NCBI GenBank assembly: GCA_963783575.1
Contig: CAWAOD010000014.1
Location: 464,002-528,001 of the forward strand
Direction of reading: 5' to 3'
Length of the DNA stretch: 64,000 bases
From: an uncultured Spirochaetota bacterium
GTDB lineage: Bacteria > Spirochaetota > Brevinematia > Brevinematales > JAOACQ01
Below are positions 30,411-38,043 of the stretch, one piece after another. The notes beneath the pieces are model-generated. The model searched no databases, had not been told where the DNA came from, and saw only the letters and a program-made list of their open reading frames with translations. Each line of letters opens with the position of its first letter. Within the stretch, counting starts at the first letter, position 1. The position numbers and the translations under genes are program-made.

Positions 30411-31988
30411 CTATTCTATTATCAAACCTGACTGTTTTAAAAATTCATCTATATATAGATTGCCGATCTTTACGCTGTGAATCTTCATAAAATCATAAGT
30501 CTTTTTATCGATTGTCTGTAGGGGATTATTGTCAAGGTCAATTCTCTGAAGATTCTCCAGTTTTTCAAGATTCTCTATTCTTGTAATCCGGTTATAATGA
30601 AGCCAGATCATCTGCAGTTCCGACATTTTTTCAAGATTCTCAATCTTTGTAATGCGGTTATTATGAAGATACAAACCCCGCAGATGAATAAGCCTGTCAA
30701 GATTCTCTATCCTGCTGATATGATTATTGTATAAAGAAAGCCATTGAAGGTTAACAAGCTTATCAAGGTTTTCAATTTTATACAGATGATTATTATCAAG
30801 CCCCAGCCATTCAAGATTAGTAAGAGAATTCAGATTCTCAATTTCGCTTATCTGGTTTTGATAGAGGCAAAGCCATCTTAAATTTGTAAGCATATCAATG
30901 TTTTCAATCTTGAGAATTTGATTTGCCCCTAAATGAAGCTCCTGCAGATTAGTCAGCTTTTCAAGGTTTTCAATTTTTGTAATTTCATTGTTTTCCAGAT
31001 ATAATCCCAGAAGACCGGCAAGCTTATCCAGATTGATTATTCTAGTAATCTGGTTCGACCCGAGATGCAGTTCTTTCAGTTTGGACAATTTATATAAATT
31101 TTCTATTCTCTTTATTTGATTATTGGATAGCCAGATTGCCTGTAATTCCTGTAAATTTCCCAGGTTCTCAATTTTCGTTATCCTATTATTACGGAGACCA
31201 AGCTTTTTAAGCCGGACAAGCCTGTCGAGGTTTTTAATTTCATCGATTCTGTTATTGGAAAGGCTTAGTCTTTCAAGATTGACTAAATTATCAAGATTCT
31301 TTATTTCAGAAATCTGTGTTCCGGAAAGATTCAAAACCCTTAAATTAACAAGATTGTCGAGGTTTTCAATCTCCTTCATTTTATTTCTGGAAATACTAAG
31401 GGTTTTTAAATTTACAAGATTATCAAGATTTTCAATTCTGGTGATTTGATTATCGAAAATATTAAGCTCGCTTAGATCAACCGGATAATCCTTCCCTCCG
31501 ATAGTAACGCTTTCCGGAAGATCAATCTTAAGATTTTTCAAGTTAATTATCTCTTCGATATCTCCGATTGGTTTACCCTCATTGGTAAAAAAAATAACCC
31601 CCTGTTCTTTTAAAAAATCATAAGTCGATTTATCAATCGATTTCAAAGGATTGCCTTCAATATAAATATCCTTCAATTGAACAAGCTTTTCCAGGTTCTC
31701 AATTTTCACAATCCGGTTGTTATTTAGATAAAGCCATTTTAGATTCATTAAGTTATTTAGGTTTGATATCTTATTTATCTGGTTGAAACCAAGCCTTAAC
31801 CCCTGGAGTTGAACCAATTTATCAAGATTTTCAATTTTACTGATCTTGTTTTTATCCAGCCAGAGCCTTTTTAAATTGACAAAACTCTCAAATCCATCCA
31901 AATTCACTATATTACATTCGGATAAATAAAGTTCGGTAGCATCTTCGGGAAATATCTGCCCGCCTATATTAATATTTTTCATAATCAA
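30411..31988 (-). CDS. Leucine-rich repeat protein (SDS22/internalin-like), two capped modules
   Basis: 22-residue LxxLxLxxNxIxxIENLxxL repeats. Confidence 0.9.
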   Translation of the reverse strand: MIMKNINIGGQIFPEDATELYLSECNIVNLDGFESFVNLKRLWLDKNKISKIENLDKLVQLQGLRLGFNQINKISNLNNLMNLKWLYLNNNRIVKIENLEKLVQLKDIYIEGNPLKSIDKSTYDFLKEQGVIFFTNEGKPIGDIEEIINLKNLKIDLPESVTIGGKDYPVDLSELNIFDNQITRIENLDNLVNLKTLSISRNKMKEIENLDNLVNLRVLNLSGTQISEIKNLDNLVNLERLSLSNNRIDEIKNLDRLVRLKKLGLRNNRITKIENLGNLQELQAIWLSNNQIKRIENLYKLSKLKELHLGSNQITRIINLDKLAGLLGLYLENNEITKIENLEKLTNLQELHLGANQILKIENIDMLTNLRWLCLYQNQISEIENLNSLTNLEWLGLDNNHLYKIENLDKLVNLQWLSLYNNHISRIENLDRLIHLRGLYLHNNRITKIENLEKMSELQMIWLHYNRITRIENLEKLENLQRIDLDNNPLQTIDKKTYDFMKIHSVKIGNLYIDEFLKQSGLIIE

Positions 31989-32242
31989 TTCCCTGTGTTA
32001 CTGAAATACGCAGTAAATTATTAAATAAATCTATATCTATCATATTTTAAAGCATAAACATAAACCAAACAAGTTTTATCAAATACAAAAATATTTTCTT
32101 ACAATTATAATAAAATAAATTTTGTTGAATTTGTCAAGGAGATAATTCCTATATAATCTCTATCCGGTTTAATACAAATTTTGTTTATATAATTGATTTT
32201 TAATATAATTTATTATAAGCTTTTTATTAAGGAGTATCATTT

Positions 32243-33508
32243 ATGGATTTCTTATTTCCGGTAATATTGATTATTTTTATATTAGAAAGAATTTTTAATT
32301 ATATTCTGGATTTACTTAACTTATCGTATATGAAGGAAAAATCGGCTTCCATACCGGTAGAATTTGAAGGCATCATTAATAATGAGGATTTGAACAAAAC
32401 ACAGCATTATGAAATTACAAAGACCGGATTCGGTATTTTCTCCGGTATTTTCAGTGATATTCTTCTCATTCTTTTCGTTTTTACCGGTATATTGAACTTT
32501 TATAATTCCTGGATTATGAGTTTTCAATTCAATTTTATTATTTCAGGAATAATATTCTTTATTTTAATAGTTTATTCACAAAGCATACTTAATATTCCTT
32601 TCGATCTCTATAATACTTTCAGGATTGAAAACCGTTTCGGATTTAACACAATGAACGCCGGTTTATGGCTGAGCGATTTTATTAAATCAATTCTTATAGA
32701 AACGGTTTTACTTTGCTTTCTTCTTGGCGCAGGATTATGGATTGTAAAAATCAGCCCGGATTTATGGTGGTTTTGGTTATGGCTATTCTTCTTTGCTTTC
32801 AGCCTGTTTATGATGTACATTTCACCTTACGTTATTGAGCCTTTATTTAATAAGTATTCCCCTATTGAAAAAGAAGAACTGGAAGTAAAAATAAAAGAAC
32901 TCCTTGCAAAAACCGGAATAAAAGTCAGTCATGTTTTTAAAATGGATGCTTCGAAAAGAAGCAAACATACAAACGCATATTTTTCAGGCATCGGTAAAGT
33001 AAAGCGGATAATACTTTTCGATACACTAATCCAGTCATTGACTACAGGTGAGATTCTATCAGTACTGGCGCATGAAGCCGGTCACTGGAAGAAGAAACAT
33101 ATTTTAAAAACAATCATAATTTATGAATCAATATCTTTTATAATATTTTATTTATCATACAGGATATTGAATACAAACTGGCTGACAGAAATTTTTAAAA
33201 TTAATAACGGCAATATATTTGTTAAATTTATTCTGCTTGGTGTTTTGTTAAATTTGGCATCATTTATTTTTGCTCCGTTAATTTCAGGGTTTTCCAGAAA
33301 AAATGAAAGGGAAGCAGACGATTTTGCTTTCAAATTGACGGGAAACGGTATAAATCTGGCGGGAGCCTTAAAAAAATTGTCCAGGGATAATATGTCCAAT
33401 ATATATCCTCATCCTTTATACGTAATATTTCATTATTCTCATCCGCCGATTATTGAAAGAATCCGGAGGCTTGAAAAATATGCTGAAAATAAAGAGGAAG
33501 AACATTAG
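32243..33508 (+). CDS. M48 (Ste24-type) membrane zinc metalloprotease
   Basis: DASKRS..NAYF, AHEAGH, EREAD, YSHPP. Confidence 0.93.
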   Translation: MDFLFPVILIIFILERIFNYILDLLNLSYMKEKSASIPVEFEGIINNEDLNKTQHYEITKTGFGIFSGIFSDILLILFVFTGILNFYNSWIMSFQFNFIISGIIFFILIVYSQSILNIPFDLYNTFRIENRFGFNTMNAGLWLSDFIKSILIETVLLCFLLGAGLWIVKISPDLWWFWLWLFFFAFSLFMMYISPYVIEPLFNKYSPIEKEELEVKIKELLAKTGIKVSHVFKMDASKRSKHTNAYFSGIGKVKRIILFDTLIQSLTTGEILSVLAHEAGHWKKKHILKTIIIYESISFIIFYLSYRILNTNWLTEIFKINNGNIFVKFILLGVLLNLASFIFAPLISGFSRKNEREADDFAFKLTGNGINLAGALKKLSRDNMSNIYPHPLYVIFHYSHPPIIERIRRLEKYAENKEEEH

Positions 33509-33820
33509 TATTCCAGTCTGTTAGTTGTATAGTTTATCAGCTTGTAGTGATTATTATCGACTATTAATTAACCGGCTAACTTGTTTATCGACTGATAAAA
33601 AAGTTTGATTTTTTTTTACTGGCAATATAATATAAAAATATATAATATTTATAAAATCAGATTAACAAGTAAATATAATATTTCCACAGCAATGCTACAT
33701 CCGCAAGTCCAATCAAGAAGCCTGCCCCGAGCCTCGGCCTTGGTGAGCCCTTTGTCAAACTCAGGACAAGCATGCCTAAAAAAAGGAATATAATAGTTAA
33801 TTTTATAAAGGAGAAATCTC

Positions 33821-34909
33821 ATGAAAAGGCGCATATCGATAATTTTATGCTTGTTATTTATTATGAACTTTTCAATGCTCTTCAGCCAGGATAATATTAA
33901 ATCATCGGGGCTGTATGCTGTCAGAGTTAATAATAAGTACGGATATATCGATATAACGGGCAGGATAATAATATACCCGATTTATGACGGTTTTGGAGAT
34001 TTTAAAGATAATATAGCATTTGTTAAGGTTAACAATAAATATGGTTTTATAGATAACACTGGAAAACTAGTAATTTATTCAATGTTTGATGATGCCTGGG
34101 GCTTCAATGAAGGACTGGCTCTGGTTAAGATAAACAATAAACTCGGTTTTATTGACGTTACCGGTAAACTTGTTATTCCCGCACAATATGACGATGCCTG
34201 GGATTTTAAAGATGGAATGGCGTTGATAAAGATCGGGGATAAAATGGGCTTTATTGATAAAAACGGGAACATTACAATCAAGGCTATCTTTGATGACGGG
34301 GCAAGCTTTAGTGAAGGCCTGGCCAGGGTAAGGTCAGATGAAAAATACGGGTTTATCGACAGCAGCGGGAAAACAAATATTCCTCTTCAATATGATGAAG
34401 CCTGGGATTTTAATGAAGGTCTTGCGATTGTAAAATCAGAAGGCAAATACGGATATATCGATAAAAGCGGTAAATGGGTTATAAAACCTAAATTTGACGA
34501 TGCCTGGTATTTCAGTGAAGGACTGGCTACGGTAAAATTGAATGGTAAATTTGGATTTATCGATCGATCGGGAAAAACAATCATTGAGGCAAAATACGAT
34601 GATGCTAAGAATTTTTCCGAAGGCCGCAGTTTGGTTAAAATAGGCAATAAAATGGGTTATATTGACAGAAACGGTAATATAATCATTGAACCTCAATATG
34701 ATGATGCATATCCCTTTTACCGAGGCAGAGCGGTAGCAAAAATCAGCGGAAAATACGGTTATATAGATCAAAACGGCAAAATCGTCATAACCCCGATTTT
34801 TGATATGGCCTGGAATTTCGATTCGGACGGTATGGCCAAAGTTATGCTCGGCCAGAAATGGGGTTATATTGATAATAATGGAACTTATGTCTGGGAACCC
34901 ACACAGTAA
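33821..34909 (+). CDS. WG-repeat (KWG) exported protein
   Basis: Signal peptide followed by 35-residue repeats FxEGLAxV...KyGF/YIDxxG. Confidence 0.92.
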   Translation: MKRRISIILCLLFIMNFSMLFSQDNIKSSGLYAVRVNNKYGYIDITGRIIIYPIYDGFGDFKDNIAFVKVNNKYGFIDNTGKLVIYSMFDDAWGFNEGLALVKINNKLGFIDVTGKLVIPAQYDDAWDFKDGMALIKIGDKMGFIDKNGNITIKAIFDDGASFSEGLARVRSDEKYGFIDSSGKTNIPLQYDEAWDFNEGLAIVKSEGKYGYIDKSGKWVIKPKFDDAWYFSEGLATVKLNGKFGFIDRSGKTIIEAKYDDAKNFSEGRSLVKIGNKMGYIDRNGNIIIEPQYDDAYPFYRGRAVAKISGKYGYIDQNGKIVITPIFDMAWNFDSDGMAKVMLGQKWGYIDNNGTYVWEPTQ

Positions 34910-34938
34910 ACTTCTAATTTAAATCTAAGGAGCAAATT

Positions 34939-35466
34939 TTGAAATTAATTATTAAATCTTCCATTTATCCGTTTATTGCTGCAGCTATTACATGCCTTGA
35001 TCTGTTTACAAAATACCTAATAAAAAATACTTTTGATGATTCAGGACAATCTGTTGAAATTGCCGGAAATTATATCCGCTTCACACTTATTTATAATAAA
35101 GGTATTACTTTCGGGCTGTTTAACATGGTTAAAAGTAGCTTAATGCCCGTTTTTCTTGTAATATTAGCCATACTTGCATTGACTGTAGTTGTTTATCTCT
35201 ATATTAATATTTCACACTCTTTTAAAGGCCAAATACCGGGTATTTTAGGTAAAATTGCGCTTATGTTCATAATAGGCGGTGCAATGGGGAATATTATTGA
35301 TAGATTATTAAATAAGGCCGTTGTTGATTTTATTGATGTCGGAATAGGAAACCACCGTTGGTACACTTTTAATACTGCCGATAGTTTTGTTGTTATTGGT
35401 GGAATTATCTTGGGAATTTTATTCCTTTTTTTCGAAAATAAAAGTATTGAACCGAATCAGTTATAA
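34939..35466 (+). CDS. lspA: Lipoprotein signal peptidase II
   Basis: NKGITFG, GGAMGNIIDR, VVDFI, FNTAD. Confidence 0.95.
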   Translation: MKLIIKSSIYPFIAAAITCLDLFTKYLIKNTFDDSGQSVEIAGNYIRFTLIYNKGITFGLFNMVKSSLMPVFLVILAILALTVVVYLYINISHSFKGQIPGILGKIALMFIIGGAMGNIIDRLLNKAVVDFIDVGIGNHRWYTFNTADSFVVIGGIILGILFLFFENKSIEPNQL

Positions 35467-35485
35467 TAAGTTTTAAATATAAATA

Positions 35486-35540
35486 AAAATGGGCTGTTTC
35501 AGAGACCGGGTTCTAACCTATCCCTGTAACAGCCCATTTT
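35486..35540. terminator. Long inverted repeat, likely bidirectional terminator between lspA and flaB
   Basis: AAAATGGGCTGTT...AACAGCCCATTTT with A/T tracts on both sides. Confidence 0.7.
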
Positions 35541-35585
35541 ATTTTAACAATAAAAAATTAATTTAAAAATATTATCAATTTTTCC

Positions 35586-35612
35586 TAAACCAATTTTTCA
35601 TATGGTCGATAT
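35586..35612 (+). promoter_or_regulatory. sigma28 (FliA)-type promoter pointing into the 3' end of the flagellin gene
   Basis: TAAA-N15-GTCGATAT; -10 identical to that upstream of the other flaB. Confidence 0.6.
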
Positions 35613-35637
35613 TAATTGTGTAAATTAAAAAATAAAA

Positions 35638-35649
35638 CTTAGGGACCCC
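35638..35649 (+). repeat. Left arm of a 12-bp inverted repeat flanking a flagellin gene
   Basis: CTTAGGGACCCC, exact reverse complement of 36638-36649. Confidence 0.85.
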
Positions 35650-35706
35650 AGACAGTCTTTTACTAGATATTTTTAATCTAAAAAGTTAGAGGATATTTGC
35701 CTATCC

Positions 35707-36591
35707 CTAACCAAGAAGCCTCAGCACAAGCTGAGGCTTTAAATTTGCCTGAGCTATCATGGATACATTGGATTGAGCAAGAATCTGATTCTTCACATAA
35801 TCACTCATCTGTTCCGCCATATCTGTATCCCGGATCCGAGATTCTGCCGCTTGTGTGTTTTCATAAGCAACATATAATCCCTTATATAACTTCTCAAAAC
35901 GGTTCTGATAAGAACCGAGGTCTGTTCTTTGCTTAACGACCTTTTCCAGAGCTTTATCGATCAACCCAACCGCCCTGTTTGCAGTATCAACATTGCTTGC
36001 GCTGATGACTTTATTCCCTTCAGCGGTTACAAGCCCTAATGACTGGGCATTCATGTTGCCTACAAAGACCTGTACTCTCTGGTCCATGTTAGCCCCGATG
36101 TGGAACCATAAACCAGCGGTTTGATTTGCCACTGTTGCTGAAGCGCCTGAAGCGGCCGTTTCCGGAGCTTCAAATCTGCCTGTCAGCAGGTTCATGCCGT
36201 TAAATTGGGCATGATTAGCTATTCTTTCGACTTCGCTAACCAATTGCGACATTTCTACATTAATCAGGGTTCTGTCCTGATCGCTGTAAATACCATTCCC
36301 AGCCTGTACTGATAATTCTCTCATCCTTTGAAGGATTGATGTTGTTTCGTCCAGATAACCTTCTGTTGTTTGAAGGAATGATATTGCATCTTCAGTATTT
36401 CTCATACCTTGATGCAGCCCTGAAATCTGCCCTCTCATTTTTTCGGAAACAGCAAGACCGGAAGCATCGTCTCCAGCTCTATTTATTCTCACACCAGATG
36501 AAAGTTTCTCAATGTTGCTGTTCAACTCAAAATCTCTTGCCTTTAACTGTCTATTAGCAAATATTGAACTTATATTGTGGTTGACTATCAT
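35707..36591 (-). CDS. flaB: Periplasmic flagellar core protein FlaB (copy 2)
   Basis: [50 protein letters not shown]. Confidence 0.95.
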   Translation of the reverse strand: MIVNHNISSIFANRQLKARDFELNSNIEKLSSGVRINRAGDDASGLAVSEKMRGQISGLHQGMRNTEDAISFLQTTEGYLDETTSILQRMRELSVQAGNGIYSDQDRTLINVEMSQLVSEVERIANHAQFNGMNLLTGRFEAPETAASGASATVANQTAGLWFHIGANMDQRVQVFVGNMNAQSLGLVTAEGNKVISASNVDTANRAVGLIDKALEKVVKQRTDLGSYQNRFEKLYKGLYVAYENTQAAESRIRDTDMAEQMSDYVKNQILAQSNVSMIAQANLKPQLVLRLLG

Positions 36592-36619
36592 AACCACCCT
36601 CCTTGTTTGTTTTTGCCGT

Positions 36620-36633
36620 TCACATCCTTGTGA
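36620..36633 (-). promoter_or_regulatory. CsrA-type GGA hairpin in the flaB copy 2 leader
   Basis: TCACA-AGGA-TGTGA stem-loop just upstream of the AAGGAGG SD, as in known CsrA-regulated flagellin leaders. Confidence 0.65.
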
Positions 36634-36637
36634 CTGC

Positions 36638-36649
36638 GGGGTCCCTAAG
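36638..36649 (-). repeat. Right arm of the 12-bp inverted repeat flanking flaB copy 2
   Basis: GGGGTCCCTAAG. Confidence 0.85.
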
Positions 36650-36825
36650 GTACTGCACCCTTTAGATGCAGTTCAGGAGGGTGTTGTTTAATTAATATCA
36701 GGTCCTATAACCATGCCGATAACGATAATGAAAATATATTCATTATCGTTATAAGTAAGAAATCTTTCTCTGCAGAAAACTGCGGGGATTATACCTGTGT
36801 CAATCGTCAAACTTGTTAAAATACA

Positions 36826-36855
36826 AAGTTATCCCGGTTTTCACCGGGATAACTT
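36826..36855 (-). terminator. Intrinsic terminator after flaB copy 1
   Basis: 13-bp perfect stem AAGTTATCCCGGT/ACCGGGATAACTT, GAAA loop on the minus strand, followed by TGTATTTT. Confidence 0.85.
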
Positions 36856-36918
36856 AAATTATATTATTATATTATTGCCTATCCCAACTTTTAATTAAAA
36901 ACCAAAAAGCTTCAGATT

Positions 36919-37779
36919 TTACCTTAAAAGTTGCAGGATAAGTTGGGGCTTCTGGTTCGCCTGAGCTAACATAGCTGTTGCGGCCTGTGTTAATATCTGG
37001 GTTTTTACAAATTCTGACATTTGTTCAGCCATATCTGTATCTCTGATACGGGATTCTGCAGCCTGTAAGTTTTCGTAACCAACCATTAAACTTACGGTTG
37101 TTTTTTCCAGCCTATTCTGATAAGCACCCAAATCAGCTCTCTGCTTGGAAACTTTTTCCAGGGCTTTGTCTATAATTCCAATAGCCATATTGGATTTTTC
37201 AGGGGTACTCAGACTGATTATATCCCTGCTGGCTACATCTCTAACACCAAGAGCGGCTGCCGTCATGGTATTGATATAGCTTCTGATTCTCTGGTCCATA
37301 TTTGCTCCAATATGAAACCAGATGCTGGCTGTTGGGTTATTTCCCATTGAATTATAGGCAAAACGGCCGGTCATAACATTCATTCCGTTAAATTGAGCAT
37401 GGGATGCAATCCTGTCAACTTCACTTACTAACTGTGAAACTTCAACCTGGATTTGCATTCTGTCTTCGGTAGAATAAATTCCATTAGATGATTGAACCGC
37501 TAATTCCCTGATTCTTTGAAGTATGACATGAGATTCTTCCAGGTAACCTTCCGTCGCCTGGATAAAAGAGATTGAATCTTGCGTGTTTCTTTCAGCTCTT
37601 CTCAAACCGCCTACTTGAGATCTGAGTTTTTCAGATACGGCAAGACCAGAAGCATCGTCACCCGCCCTGTTGATTTTCATACCGGATGAGAGCTTCTCAA
37701 TACTTTTGTCAGAATCACGATTGTTAATCGATAACTGACGATTGGCAAAAATAGCACTGATGTTGTGATTGATAATCAT
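36919..37779 (-). CDS. flaB: Periplasmic flagellar core protein FlaB (copy 1)
   Basis: [45 protein letters not shown]. Confidence 0.96.
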   Translation of the reverse strand: MIINHNISAIFANRQLSINNRDSDKSIEKLSSGMKINRAGDDASGLAVSEKLRSQVGGLRRAERNTQDSISFIQATEGYLEESHVILQRIRELAVQSSNGIYSTEDRMQIQVEVSQLVSEVDRIASHAQFNGMNVMTGRFAYNSMGNNPTASIWFHIGANMDQRIRSYINTMTAAALGVRDVASRDIISLSTPEKSNMAIGIIDKALEKVSKQRADLGAYQNRLEKTTVSLMVGYENLQAAESRIRDTDMAEQMSEFVKTQILTQAATAMLAQANQKPQLILQLLR

Positions 37780-37800
37780 AACCATCCTCCTTGATATTTT

Positions 37801-37824
37801 AATTCCCGCGTCCTTGCGAGAATT
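37801..37824 (-). promoter_or_regulatory. CsrA-type GGA hairpin in the flaB copy 1 leader
   Basis: AATTCTCGC-AAGGAC-GCGGGAATT stem-loop upstream of AAGGAGG. Confidence 0.65.
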
Positions 37825-37926
37825 TATTTAATAAAAAATAAAGTATTTCGGAGTAATACCGAAAATACTAATAGGTTAAAAACATCCATCCGATTTTTAA
37901 TTGTAAACGAAAATTCTGTGTTCTAA

Positions 37927-37954
37927 ATATCGACTCTTAACCATTTAAACTTTA
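37927..37954 (-). promoter_or_regulatory. sigma28-type promoter of flaB copy 1
   Basis: TAAA(GTTT)-N16-GTCGATAT on the minus strand. Confidence 0.7.
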
Positions 37955-38043
37955 TATCAATTTATCAAATATTTTTAAAATTTTTATTCTTTTAAAAAAC
38001 AAGTTCTTTACAACATAGATTTATATGCTTAAAACGAATATTT

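Noticed and set aside
35697..35936. 79-aa + strand ORF downstream of the orphan sigma28 promoter
   Set aside because: Almost entirely antisense to the conserved flaB C-terminus with no recognisable motif; has a weak GAGG but is most likely a shadow ORF.
36693..36722. Second + strand sigma28 promoter (perfect GCCGATAA)
   Set aside because: No TAAA-like -35 at 15-16 nt spacing; the -10 word overlaps the palindrome.
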